Below, piece after piece: positions 51,982 through 62,008 of a DNA stretch of 64,000 nt; within the stretch, counting starts at the first letter, position 1; each line of letters starts with the position of its first letter. The position numbers and the translations under genes are program-made. This DNA is from Candidatus Delongbacteria bacterium (GTDB lineage Bacteria; UBA4055). The stretch is from positions 1 through 64,000 of the forward strand of contig JAFGVM010000037.1 in NCBI GenBank assembly GCA_016937995.1, read 5' to 3'. Below the pieces are notes generated by a model. The model had not been told where the DNA came from and did no database searches. It saw only the letters and a program-made list of their open reading frames with translations.

Positions 51982-52749
51982 CTATGCACTAGAAAGAGTT
52001 AAAGATTTTGTGATAGGATCTAGGGGAACTTTTGGAGTAGATGTATCACTACGGATTAATCTGTTAATAAATTTATTTTGAAGTTTTTTATACTCATAAT
52101 ATGTTTTTTCATATTCATCAATCTTTTCTATGTTTTTATAAAAATTTTTCAGATTAAGAATTCCTACTTTCCTTAATCTACCAATTTTAACAGCATATTT
52201 CCTGATGTATTTATATCTATCATTCTCAGGAAAAGTAATTCTAAATTTGTTTTTTTTAATCGCCCAAGCGATTAGCCTTTGTAAAAATTCCCTATCATCG
52301 TCTTTAACGTTGAAGAAATCACCTATTGATTGGTAAATGCCTTTAGCTCCATGAGCCCTATCACCATAAATGTAATTGCCAGTTTTTATGTAACTTTCAT
52401 GGGATATAAAATATGGAATTAAGAACTTATTAATATAATCTGCAATACTTGTTGAATTGCTTAATTGTAGTAATAAATCAAAATGTGTGGCAACACATAG
52501 TGCTTTATTACTTAATTTATGTTCATTTCTAACTTTATTTTCAGTTTCATATACTATTGGAGGTACCGTTGGGTAAGTTTTTGCAAATATTATCTTTAGC
52601 TTTGGAGCAGAATTTACAACAATATCTTCGTATCTAGCTTTAATAATAAATCTACCTTTTATCTCAAGATAATCACCTTTATCCACTATTTTCATCTCAG
52701 GATAGATCTGTTGAATATATTTGATACTTTTACATATTATTTCCCCCAT
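51982..52749 (-). CDS. CBASS-associated E2 (ubiquitin-conjugating-like) protein
   Basis: LKIIFAKTYPTVPPIVYET..HKLSNKALCV (E2-fold His/Cys), FLIPYF..YIYGDRAHGAKGI; start overlaps the CD-NTase 3' end. Confidence 0.72.
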   Translation of the reverse strand: MGEIICKSIKYIQQIYPEMKIVDKGDYLEIKGRFIIKARYEDIVVNSAPKLKIIFAKTYPTVPPIVYETENKVRNEHKLSNKALCVATHFDLLLQLSNSTSIADYINKFLIPYFISHESYIKTGNYIYGDRAHGAKGIYQSIGDFFNVKDDDREFLQRLIAWAIKKNKFRITFPENDRYKYIRKYAVKIGRLRKVGILNLKNFYKNIEKIDEYEKTYYEYKKLQNKFINRLIRSDTSTPKVPLDPITKSLTLSSA

Positions 52750-53669
52750 AGTTTTGCACCTGTTGTGTACTCTTTTATTTCTTCTTGCTCCTGTTCTTTC
52801 TTTAATGGGAAACATTCTCCAAATAGCTCTCTAAATACAAGAGAAGCTCGATTACCACTATTATTATTTAGAGCTGTATTAATATCATCTAAAAAATCTT
52901 CTAGGTTTGAAATTCTTTTACTTTTCTGATAATCGGACAAATCTTTCCACAAATCCTCATATGGTGATACCGGTTTAGAAATACTGTTCTCAGATTTCAA
53001 TGTATTAATAATTTTATACAGAGTGTTATATAGTGATTTGTCGTCTCTATCTTCATTCGGAACAAAGCAGTTAATACCTAAAATAGTTAATTCAATGCTA
53101 GTAAAATCAATATCTAAATAATCACGCCATGATTTTAAGTATCTAATAATCCTTGAATTTTGTTCATTGAATCTATTTTTGTAAAACCAATCCTTAAACT
53201 CTTTTGAATCACTATTAATCCATGAATTATCATTTGTCCTAGCCAAATATGCTTTTCCATCCTTTATAATATAAACCGGGATATCTAAATGATAGTATTT
53301 TCTATAATAAACTCTAACACAGCTTGTTTTACTTTCACAACCATCCTGAGTATGTCCTACTAATGACTTTAAAATATCCTGATGGATTTCATTAGGTTTA
53401 GGCCAAGAATCTGAGTCCTCATCAACATGTCTTAAATATAATCCATCGTCAATATCAACTTCAATATCTTCTTTAGGATTCAAAGCGGTATTAATTACAA
53501 ATGAACCTTGGGATTTAAACAGAGGAATATTAATTTTCAACTCATCTTTAAAATATGTTCTTATTTTATCCCTTACAGCATTTCGACTTTTTAAAATTTT
53601 TTCTTTTTTGGTTTTTGTAAGCTTAATCTTCTTGTTGAAATCACAAAATTCTTTATGAAAGTTTAACAT
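52737..53669 (-). CDS. CD-NTase (cGAS/DncV-like SMODS nucleotidyltransferase)
   Basis: SQGSFVINT, DIDDG, KTSCVRVYY..HLDIPVY, IRYLKSWRD, C-terminal tail ..GAKLWGK; GGAGG RBS. Confidence 0.9.
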   Translation of the reverse strand: MLNFHKEFCDFNKKIKLTKTKKEKILKSRNAVRDKIRTYFKDELKINIPLFKSQGSFVINTALNPKEDIEVDIDDGLYLRHVDEDSDSWPKPNEIHQDILKSLVGHTQDGCESKTSCVRVYYRKYYHLDIPVYIIKDGKAYLARTNDNSWINSDSKEFKDWFYKNRFNEQNSRIIRYLKSWRDYLDIDFTSIELTILGINCFVPNEDRDDKSLYNTLYKIINTLKSENSISKPVSPYEDLWKDLSDYQKSKRISNLEDFLDDINTALNNNSGNRASLVFRELFGECFPLKKEQEQEEIKEYTTGAKLWGK

Positions 53670-53677
53670 TTTACCTC

Positions 53678-54268
53678 CTAATATGTACCTTTTAATTTTT
53701 TACCTACAAATTTAGTTTCAATGGTTCCTTTTGTAGGTTCTTCTCTATTACTAAAATAATATCCTTTTAAATCGTTTTTTCCAATTGAGCAGTTTAATAC
53801 ACAAAAACCTTTATGCTCATTAATAGTATTTGAATTTTCAATCCCATCATTTTTATAAGCAAAACTAATCTCTATAGATCCGTCAGGTTTCATTATTAAA
53901 TGTTCATTGATACTTTCAGAACATGATATCAATTCATTATCATAGCTAAATTGTCTTATATATACGTAACTTGATGTTTGGGAAATTTCTATTATAATAT
54001 GAATTTCTTTACCACCGTTGTAGTTTGATTTTAATGTCCCTTCATACCTTCCAGAAACATCTTTAATATTTAATAGATATGGAAAATATTTCCATAATTT
54101 TTTATCGTATGCGATCAATACAAAGGAAATAAAAGCTATAGCTGATACAGAAGGTATCCAGTTAAACGTTTCAGGAATTAATGATACAATAATCGAGTGT
54201 ATAGCTATCAACGCAACAATAAAAAATATTAAAGTATTAACTTTATAGTATTTAAATGACAATTTCAT
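53678..54268 (-). CDS. Cap15-like CBASS effector (2 TM plus beta-barrel, S-2TMbeta)
   Basis: Two TM helices, then DVSGRYEGTLKS, IIEISQT, YKN, HKG, LKGYYFSNR..TKGTI. Confidence 0.85.
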   Translation of the reverse strand: MKLSFKYYKVNTLIFFIVALIAIHSIIVSLIPETFNWIPSVSAIAFISFVLIAYDKKLWKYFPYLLNIKDVSGRYEGTLKSNYNGGKEIHIIIEISQTSSYVYIRQFSYDNELISCSESINEHLIMKPDGSIEISFAYKNDGIENSNTINEHKGFCVLNCSIGKNDLKGYYFSNREEPTKGTIETKFVGKKLKGTY

Positions 54269-54285
54269 AAATTACCTTTTTGTAT

Positions 54286-54486
54286 TTAACAATGATATTT
54301 TCCCTCAATATAGCGATTGTAAAAAGTTCCTTTTGATCTAGAATTTATAAATCTTTCAAATACTTCTTGCGGAACTCTACAAAAATCATAAGTCCGTCCT
54401 TGTTTAAATGTGATCTTCAATCTCATTATGTCAGGCTCGTAACCAATTTTCCTGATTGCTCTAGATCTAACTGGAATCATTTCCAT
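54286..54486 (-). CDS. KTSC domain protein
   Basis: MIPVRSRAIRKIGYE..LKITFKQGRTYDFCRVPQEVFERFINSRSKGTFYNRYIEGKY. Confidence 0.9.
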   Translation of the reverse strand: MEMIPVRSRAIRKIGYEPDIMRLKITFKQGRTYDFCRVPQEVFERFINSRSKGTFYNRYIEGKYHC

Positions 54487-54487
54487 T

Positions 54488-55084
54488 CTATTTTTTCCCC
54501 ACTATCTTCTCAACCACCTTATAAACCGTACTCCCAGCACTCTTCAACCTCTCCTCAAACGATCCTTTATCCTTATCCTTTGCCCTTTTCACAGCAGCAT
54601 GAATCATTTTATCTGTGATCTGATTTACATCAACACCTTTATCATAATTTGGAAGATATTTCTTAAGCTTCTTTGTACAATCCTTAGAATTCTTAACCCC
54701 TTTCCCATCTTCAAAATGCAGAAGCAACCAATACTCAAACTTAGGATTGCTCAAAGCAAAACCGTAATTCTCTTTCTCCTCTGCCCAATCGTGCAATTGC
54801 TTCAACTGCTTATCAGTCCACTCATCCCTGTCAACAACAAGCCAGGCTTCATCTGTTTCTAAAAGGTTTTCCTCTTTTATATAATCCTTCATTCTCTTTA
54901 AAACACTAAGCGGTGAACTCTTTTTCTTACTTTTAAGACATTTCACTCTGATAATTGAACCTCTATTATCAAAGATCGAGAAATATTCCTGTTCAGTCTT
55001 TTGACCTTCAGTAGAGATGATATAAAGCTTTTTATACCTCCTCGTTCCTGTCTTACGTTTAAACGATCTTCTTTTAGGCGGCAT
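54488..55084 (-). CDS. RloB family protein (AbiLii-like, TOPRIM-like)
   Basis: IISTEGQKTEQEYF, AWLVVDRD, ALSNPKFEYWLLLHF, STVYKVVE; TAATG coupling to the ATPase. Confidence 0.9.
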   Translation of the reverse strand: MPPKRRSFKRKTGTRRYKKLYIISTEGQKTEQEYFSIFDNRGSIIRVKCLKSKKKSSPLSVLKRMKDYIKEENLLETDEAWLVVDRDEWTDKQLKQLHDWAEEKENYGFALSNPKFEYWLLLHFEDGKGVKNSKDCTKKLKKYLPNYDKGVDVNQITDKMIHAAVKRAKDKDKGSFEERLKSAGSTVYKVVEKIVGKK

Positions 55085-56412
55085 TAACAATTACCTTTTT
55101 TATTTTGCAATGTCTTCTTCAAGTTTATCTTAGGAGTACCACCTAATCTGCCCTGCAGATAGCTTTTTCTGATATCCTTATCGTATCTGATCTCTTTATA
55201 TTCAATAAATGAACGTAAACTTGACATACCTTTCTCATCTCTTTCAGCGATCCACATCTCATCTCTGCGAAGCAGTTCCTGATCCATCAAAAGAAGATCA
55301 TGAGTAGTGAACAACAATTGAGAACGGCTATCCTTGCTACAATTACACAAAAACACTTCGATCAGCTGTTTTGTCAAAGTAGTATGTAAACTTCTGTTCA
55401 CTTCATCTATTATATAGACCTTATTATTTTTAGTCATTGACAGATCCAGAAATGCAGGTAAAAGATCAATTACTCTGAGTGATCCATCTGATTCCTGATG
55501 TAATTCAAACTTTTCTTCATCACCATCCGTTTTGGAATGATATGCAACTAACTTTTTTGCCTGCAATTCATTCTTCTCTCTTGAAATAATATATCTTTCG
55601 TTCGTAACCATTGAATGCAAACGAACCGCTGTGTTTTTTGTAACGTCCTCTCTTAGTTTATTCCTAAGATCTTCCGGTAACGGTATATTTTCAAAAGGAA
55701 AACTGATATATTCAATATGTTTTATGCCTGTATCAAGTGTCGCAAGCATATCATTCATTCTTTTAAACAGAGGATTTTTATCGTCAAGAAACTGTTCATA
55801 TTGGCCAAATCGTGTATCCGGTGCAATAAGTACAAGAGTATATTTGAACCAGTTATAAACAGGTGCAAATGTATTAACATTCTGAGAAACACTGTTAGTT
55901 AAAAATAACTGATTCGCTCTTGTACCTTTAAATGCAAATTGCAACAGTCCATCTTTCGTAAGAGGAATATGCATATTAGCTTTATCTTTCTTTCGATGAT
56001 ACAGCATTTTCTCACTGGTACTTGTAATCTGAACCAGTTTTTCTTCAAGTACTTCTTTTTGAGAAACAGAAAAACTAAATTCATATATTTTTTCATCGAT
56101 CAGCATTTCAAGTTTAAATTTTGACGGCTTTTTAATACTTTGTTTATCAAGTCTGAACGGTTCAGTAAGGATCATACTTTCAGGTCTAGTTCCATCAACT
56201 ACAAAATCTTTTATAAAAGATAGTGCCTGAAACAGATTTGTTTTACCTGATGCATTACCGCCATAAATAGAAGCAACAGGTAAAATTCTTGTCTGATATT
56301 TACTTAATTTCGGTACTCTGTCCCCATGTTGTCTTTCCTTGCTCGCTACCATCGAAAATTCAGAAGATTCTTTAAATGACAACCAGTTCTCCACTTTTAA
56401 ACTTATAAGCAT
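55084..56412 (-). CDS. AAA_21/RloA-type ABC-like ATPase (AbiLi-like)
   Basis: [57 protein letters not shown]. Confidence 0.9.
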   Translation of the reverse strand: MLISLKVENWLSFKESSEFSMVASKERQHGDRVPKLSKYQTRILPVASIYGGNASGKTNLFQALSFIKDFVVDGTRPESMILTEPFRLDKQSIKKPSKFKLEMLIDEKIYEFSFSVSQKEVLEEKLVQITSTSEKMLYHRKKDKANMHIPLTKDGLLQFAFKGTRANQLFLTNSVSQNVNTFAPVYNWFKYTLVLIAPDTRFGQYEQFLDDKNPLFKRMNDMLATLDTGIKHIEYISFPFENIPLPEDLRNKLREDVTKNTAVRLHSMVTNERYIISREKNELQAKKLVAYHSKTDGDEEKFELHQESDGSLRVIDLLPAFLDLSMTKNNKVYIIDEVNRSLHTTLTKQLIEVFLCNCSKDSRSQLLFTTHDLLLMDQELLRRDEMWIAERDEKGMSSLRSFIEYKEIRYDKDIRKSYLQGRLGGTPKINLKKTLQNKKGNC

Positions 56413-56452
56413 TTTTCCAATCCTTTATGTTATTTTTTCTCCCCCAATTTCA

Positions 56453-56481
56453 AAGATACAATATTATTTTTCTTTTGTCAA
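56453..56481 (-). promoter_or_regulatory. Near-consensus sigma70 promoter of the defence operon
   Basis: TTGACA-N17-TATCTT about 40 nt upstream of the ATPase start; imperfect palindrome at 56486-56507 abuts the -35. Confidence 0.7.
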
Positions 56482-57000
56482 TTGTTTAATGAGATTATTT
56501 CTCTTAATTCATTATTTTTATTCAGTCGCATGCCTATTTTACAATACTTTGCAAGCCATACAGCTTTGCGTTCCTCTTATCATATATTTTTCGAACGGTA
56601 TGAGATCAAGTCTTAGTGAGTTAATCGAAGACTTAGACTTGATTATTTTTACTTACTTTGCACTTAACGTAATTTTGGTTACCTGACGAAAGTGACTTTT
56701 GATTGTTGTGCAAAATACATTTCTTGATATTTGGGTAGACATGGATTTTGAAATGAAAAGTACCGGAAGTCCCAAAATTAGCGTTCGTGCTGCCCTTTTC
56801 TTTCCTCCCGATTTATCGGGATTTTGGGCAAGCAAAAGAAAGCTGAAGACATCATTTAATACTCCTAGATACCCGGATCAAGTCCGAGAATGACATTTAT
56901 CCTAGCGGGATATAACTCCCCTAACCACAGGTTTCAACCTGTGGGATAAAAAAAAGGGCGTAATAAATTACACCCCTACATCAACAATATTTGACCAAAA

Positions 57001-58026
57001 TTACCTTGCAGGTGCAACCAACCCAACTTTCTTATATACCTTCGAAAGTAACTTGTATGCCGAACTCTGTACGTTCGCAGCTCCCTGCTTAAGAATCTGA
57101 TCAAGATATTTTTTATCCTTTAGAAGTTCATCGTGCTTTTCCTTGATAGGTCTGAGAGTCTCAACAACAATTTCAGAAAGGTCTTTCTTAAAATCTCCGT
57201 ATCCAGAATTAACATATTTCTTTTCGATCTCAGAGATCTCTGTATCAGTCAATGTAGAATAAATTGTGAGCAGGTTATTGATCCCGGCTTTTTCAGGATT
57301 ACTTTGATCATATCTGATCTCCATATCTGAATCTGTAACAGCACTTTTGATCTTTTTAGCTGTAATATTAAGATCCTCTGTAAGGATAATAGTTCCTTTA
57401 GGTGATTCAGCGGATTTACTCATTTTATTCTCAGGATGCTGCAGGTCCATTATCCTCGCTCCCTGCTTAGGAATGATAGCTTCCGGAATATTAAAAGTAG
57501 GTGAGTAAGTATAGTTGAATTTTTCAGCAATATCTCTTGACAGTTCAAGATGCTGTTTCTGATCATCTCCGATAGGAATCAGATTTGCATTATATAACAA
57601 TATATCAGCAGCCATTAAGACCGGATAAGCAAAAAGTCCAACATTTATAAATGTTCCTTCCTTTGCAGACTTATCTTTATACTGTGTCATTCTGTTCAAC
57701 TGACCCATTCCGGTCAAAGTGTTCAATATCCAGGTGAGTTCAGTATGTCCTGTAATATGAGACTGAACAAATATATTAGATTTCTCAGGATCCAGACCTA
57801 CAGCAAGATAAAGTGCCAGCATTGAATAAGTTCTTTCCCTCAATTCACTTGGAACCTGAGGAACAGTCAGAGCATGAAGATCAACGATTATATAATTTTT
57901 TGTATAATCCTGATATTTATCCTGCATATTCACAAAATTCTTCATTGCTCCGATATAATTACCCAGAGTCAGATTATTTGTAGGCTGAATACCGCTTAAT
58001 ATTGTTTTCTTTTCTGTATTTTCCAT
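57001..58026 (-). CDS. trpS: Tryptophanyl-tRNA synthetase
   Basis: SGIQPT..TLGNYIGA, YPVLMAADIL, GDDQKQHLE, KMSKS. Confidence 0.97.
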   Translation of the reverse strand: MENTEKKTILSGIQPTNNLTLGNYIGAMKNFVNMQDKYQDYTKNYIIVDLHALTVPQVPSELRERTYSMLALYLAVGLDPEKSNIFVQSHITGHTELTWILNTLTGMGQLNRMTQYKDKSAKEGTFINVGLFAYPVLMAADILLYNANLIPIGDDQKQHLELSRDIAEKFNYTYSPTFNIPEAIIPKQGARIMDLQHPENKMSKSAESPKGTIILTEDLNITAKKIKSAVTDSDMEIRYDQSNPEKAGINNLLTIYSTLTDTEISEIEKKYVNSGYGDFKKDLSEIVVETLRPIKEKHDELLKDKKYLDQILKQGAANVQSSAYKLLSKVYKKVGLVAPAR

Positions 58027-58106
58027 AATGTTGTCTTCTATTTTTTATAACGCTCTGGGCTTATAGTAATAAGCCCCTACTTCTGACTTCTAACTTCTGA
58101 CTTAAC

Positions 58107-58919
58107 CTACGGTATCTCCACAGAGCACGAATTGAAAACCGGTCCATCTACACAGGTCAAGAAATATCCGTCTTCCTTTTTCTTTTTCACAGCACATCCC
58201 TGACAAACACCGATACCGCAAGCCATCGGAGTCTCAAGAGATACCTGACAGTAATGATCCATTTCTGTGCAATAATCAGCTACAGCCTTCATCATTGGAC
58301 CAGGTCCTACTACGTATATATTGTAATCATTTATCTTCTTAAGATTGTTGTTTTTTATCTCAGCTTTTAATATATCAAGCACATTACCTTCAAAACCCAA
58401 TGATCCATCATCTGTGGCAACAAAAAGTTTAATATTCTGGTCCATAAAAAAATCTATATCGAAGAAGCCTGATTTATCCCTGTTCCCCCAAATAAGAGTT
58501 ACCTGATCACCTTTTTCAGTAAAATGCTGCATCAGTTTTTTGATCGGAGCAATACCGATACCACCTGCTAATAATAATTTCTCTTTTCCGTTAACCTTTG
58601 TATTAAAACCATTTCCCAAAGGTCCGAGGACATTTATTTTTTTACCTGCTTTGAGCATATCTTTGAGAATATCAGTACCTCTACCCACTACATCGAATAT
58701 TATCTGAAAATCATCTCCTTTAGTGTATGATACTGCGAACGGTCTTCTGAGAACAGGAACCGATTCATCCTTATTGGTCACCTGAATTGTAATGAATTGT
58801 CCGGGTTTTGTATTTTTTGCAATTTCTTTTGATCTTAAAACTGCTTCAATTACATTGTGTTTCAACTCTTTTACTGAAACCACTTCTGCTTGTACTTCAT
58901 GATATTTTGATTCTGTCAT
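58107..58919 (-). CDS. pyrK: Dihydroorotate dehydrogenase electron transfer subunit
   Basis: PGQF, LRRPFAV, GPLGNGF, AGGIGIAP, MACGIGVCQGC, CVDGPVF. Confidence 0.88.
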   Translation of the reverse strand: MTESKYHEVQAEVVSVKELKHNVIEAVLRSKEIAKNTKPGQFITIQVTNKDESVPVLRRPFAVSYTKGDDFQIIFDVVGRGTDILKDMLKAGKKINVLGPLGNGFNTKVNGKEKLLLAGGIGIAPIKKLMQHFTEKGDQVTLIWGNRDKSGFFDIDFFMDQNIKLFVATDDGSLGFEGNVLDILKAEIKNNNLKKINDYNIYVVGPGPMMKAVADYCTEMDHYCQVSLETPMACGIGVCQGCAVKKKKEDGYFLTCVDGPVFNSCSVEIP

Positions 58920-58944
58920 TTCGTTAAAACCTTATGATTAAAAT

Positions 58945-59940
58945 TTACTGCTTTTTATATTTTTCCAGATTTATACCGATCTTTTCTAATTTATTATCAT
59001 CAGTTCCACAGACCAAAAGACCGCTTATATTATTTTGTATCAGGAACTTTTTACCTGCTTCTTTTCCCATAACAAACACAGCAGTGGCAAAAGCATCACT
59101 TAAATATGCCTTGTCGGTTATTATTGTTACACTCATTAGATCAGAAACACCGTATCCTGTTTTTGGGTCGATTATATGACAATATCTGGTATCATCCTGA
59201 ATAAAGAATTTTTCATAGTCTCCGGAAGTTGCAACTGCACCATTTTTTACGAAAAGTGTATCTATCAAAGCACCCTGAATTCTCGGATGTCTTATACCTA
59301 TAATTTTTTCTGTCAATGAATTCACCAGAAGATCTCCTCCAGCTTCAACAATATAGTCCTTTATACCGTTTTCATTGAGAAAGGCAGCAACAGAATCCAC
59401 TGAATAACCTTTAGCGATTCCTCCAAGGTCCAGACCACAATTCTTATCAGGAAAATATATAGAATCAATATTGTAACTGATCGCATCAAATGATGATGTC
59501 TTAAGCAAATTTATAAGTTTGATCGGATTCGGCAACTTTGGCTCTGACAAATAATTGAAACCCCATAATTTTATTACAGGTCTTAACGCAATATCAAAAT
59601 TTCTGTCAGTGTAGTTATATAGATTATGTGAAATTTTCAATATTTTCTTTAAAGAACCAGGTACTGACACCTTTTGTTTTGATGCCTCATCATTCAATTT
59701 ATACAATGTTGAGTTCTTATCTTCCGGACTCATTTCATTGTTAAAGTATTTCATTATACTTTCAGAACTATCCAATATTTCATTTACTTTCTCCTTATCA
59801 CTTTCATACATACCGTAAGCAGTGATCGTAACATCAGTAGTAAATTCGACAAAAGATCTGCTGATCTTGATCTTTTCTCCTTTGCTGCAAGACATGATAA
59901 AGACCAAAATCAAGATGTATATTATATATCTGATTTTCAT
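58945..59940 (-). CDS. apbE: FAD:protein FMN transferase lipoprotein
   Basis: DLGGIAKGYSVD, VEAGGD, VATSGDYE, HIIDPKTG, DAFATA. Confidence 0.93.
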   Translation of the reverse strand: MKIRYIIYILILVFIMSCSKGEKIKISRSFVEFTTDVTITAYGMYESDKEKVNEILDSSESIMKYFNNEMSPEDKNSTLYKLNDEASKQKVSVPGSLKKILKISHNLYNYTDRNFDIALRPVIKLWGFNYLSEPKLPNPIKLINLLKTSSFDAISYNIDSIYFPDKNCGLDLGGIAKGYSVDSVAAFLNENGIKDYIVEAGGDLLVNSLTEKIIGIRHPRIQGALIDTLFVKNGAVATSGDYEKFFIQDDTRYCHIIDPKTGYGVSDLMSVTIITDKAYLSDAFATAVFVMGKEAGKKFLIQNNISGLLVCGTDDNKLEKIGINLEKYKKQ

Positions 59941-60266
59941 GGCGGGAAGATATCTATATTATAAAATAATAGCAAGAAAAATATTTTGAATAAATGATGA
60001 GAATCTCTCCTGAGTTGTTTTTATCACTGCTCTTATGCATTATCGGGTGAAGTTGTTAGACGTGATGAATCTCGTCTCTAATGGATCCTTGGACATTGGA
60101 TATTCATAGAGGAACGCATTCCTGCATTCGCAACTGTTCACTATCCACTGACCACTAAAAAAACAGTACTTCTGTTTTTTATTTCCCCTTGCCTTAAAAT
60201 AAATATTATATTATCTTCTAATACTATAAATTTAGAGAACTTAATCATAATTTTTGCAGGCAAAAA

Positions 60267-61067
60267 ATGGGAAAAAGAAAGACTGTCAAAGAAATCTTCA
60301 AAATGAAGAAAAATGATCAAAAGATCACAATGCTGACCGCTTATGATTATCAGTTCGCAAAGATCATGGACAGATCAGGTATTGATGTGATACTGGTCGG
60401 AGACTCCCTGGGGATGGTATTTCAGGGACACTCGACAACTATACCTGTAACAGTTGACCAGATGATCTATCACACAAAGATAGTCGTTGATTCAACAGAA
60501 AATGCTTTTATCATAGCTGACATGCCTTTCGGAAGCTATCAGGTTTCAGTAGAAAAAGGAGTTGAGAACGCATGCAGGATCATGAAGGAAACAGGTTGCA
60601 ATGCAGTAAAGATCGAAGGTGGGCAGAGAGTGATTCCACTGGTAGAAAAACTTATACTTGCAGGAATCCCGGTATATGGTCATTTGGGTTTAACTCCCCA
60701 GTCTATCAACAAATTCGGCAGCTACAGACTTAGAGCTCAAAAGGAAAAAGAGGCTTATAAGCTGATTGATGATGCAGTATTACTTGAAAAAGCGGGAGTT
60801 TCAGGGATCATTCTTGAAAAGATACCTTCCATACTTGCAAAAGAAGTTACTGAAAAAGTAAAAGTTCCTACTATCGGAATAGGAGCAGGTCCTGATTGTG
60901 ACGGACAGGTTCTGGTAATAACTGATCTGCTGGGAATAGATGAGGATGTAAATTTCAAATTCGTTAGAAAATATGCGAATTTAAATGATATTATTTCAGG
61001 TTCTGTCAAAAATTTTATCTCTGATGTCAAAGAAAAAAAGTTTCCAACAGAAGAAGAGTCCTATTAA
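60267..61067 (+). CDS. panB: 3-methyl-2-oxobutanoate hydroxymethyltransferase
   Basis: MLTAYD, LVGDSLGM, ADMPFGSY, GHLGLTPQS, IGIGAG. Confidence 0.97.
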   Translation: MGKRKTVKEIFKMKKNDQKITMLTAYDYQFAKIMDRSGIDVILVGDSLGMVFQGHSTTIPVTVDQMIYHTKIVVDSTENAFIIADMPFGSYQVSVEKGVENACRIMKETGCNAVKIEGGQRVIPLVEKLILAGIPVYGHLGLTPQSINKFGSYRLRAQKEKEAYKLIDDAVLLEKAGVSGIILEKIPSILAKEVTEKVKVPTIGIGAGPDCDGQVLVITDLLGIDEDVNFKFVRKYANLNDIISGSVKNFISDVKEKKFPTEEESY

Positions 61068-61082
61068 AAAACCGGAAAACAG

Positions 61083-61925
61083 ATGAAAATTCTTAAGACC
61101 ATATCTGAAGTTAAAGAATACATCAAACCTCTAAAGTTGAAAGATCAAATAATCGGTTTCGTGCCGACTATGGGAGCATTACACGATGGACATATCGCAC
61201 TTGGTGAAGAAGCAAGATATGAATGTGACTGCCTTATCTATTCAATTTTTGTCAATCCTACCCAGTTCGGACCGAATGAGGATCTTGATAAATATCCAAG
61301 GGACCTGGATGGTGATATCGCAAAATTGGAAGCAATTGATGTTGACGCTGTATTTATTCCTGATAGATCAGTGATCTATCCCGAAAATTACAAGACCTAT
61401 GTTAAAGTTGATGAACTTGGTAATATCTTATGCGGTAAAAGCAGAGTTGATCACTTTCAAGGAGTGACCACTGTTGTATCGAAACTCTTTAATATTGTAC
61501 AGTGTGATGAAGCATATTTCGGAAAAAAAGATATACAGCAGTTCATAATACTGAAGAAAATGGTCGAAGATCTTAATATGCCTGTAAAGATGATCTCTGT
61601 GGATACTGTCAGAGAAGATGACGGTCTGGCTAAGAGTAGCAGAAATACTTATCTATCTGCCGATGAAAGAGCTGCCGCACCTGTTCTGTACAGATCTATG
61701 GTCACTGCTAAAAAAAATATCGACCTGTATTTTTCACCCGAAGAGCTTATCGAAGATGTACATACTATGATATCTATGGAACCTCTAGCAAAAATTGAAT
61801 ATATAGAATTGAGAAGATACAACGATCTCTCTGAAGTTGAAGATCTGAGTGAGGAGGGCATTTTACTTATTCTTGCAGTAAGATTCGGGACTACAAGACT
61901 TATTGATAATATGTTACTAAGGTAA
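61083..61925 (+). CDS. panC: Pantoate-beta-alanine ligase
   Basis: FVPTMGALHDGH, SIFVNPTQF, FGKKD, GLAKSSRN, TRLIDN. Confidence 0.97.
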   Translation: MKILKTISEVKEYIKPLKLKDQIIGFVPTMGALHDGHIALGEEARYECDCLIYSIFVNPTQFGPNEDLDKYPRDLDGDIAKLEAIDVDAVFIPDRSVIYPENYKTYVKVDELGNILCGKSRVDHFQGVTTVVSKLFNIVQCDEAYFGKKDIQQFIILKKMVEDLNMPVKMISVDTVREDDGLAKSSRNTYLSADERAAAPVLYRSMVTAKKNIDLYFSPEELIEDVHTMISMEPLAKIEYIELRRYNDLSEVEDLSEEGILLILAVRFGTTRLIDNMLLR

Positions 61926-62008
61926 TGTTAAATTGTAAGGGTGGATTGATATACGCCCCTGCATTCCTTCTCTGGTAGGTATAAAATAATAAAGGAATAA
62001 AACACTAC

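Noticed and set aside
56339-56893. ORFs 56339-56686, 56653-56835 and 56699-56893
   Set aside because: They overlap the defence promoter and REP elements, and have no recognisable domain
51843-57000. att sites or target duplication around the defence operon
   Set aside because: Only generic REP-like palindromes flank it; no convincing direct repeats were found by eye
58107-58919. pyrK without an adjacent pyrD as a novel redox module with apbE
   Set aside because: The sequence is a typical PyrK; pyrD may lie elsewhere and adjacency alone is weak evidence
59994-60050. Short hydrophobic frame MMRISPELFLSLLLCIIG as a type I toxin
   Set aside because: No RBS, promoter or antisense partner is evident
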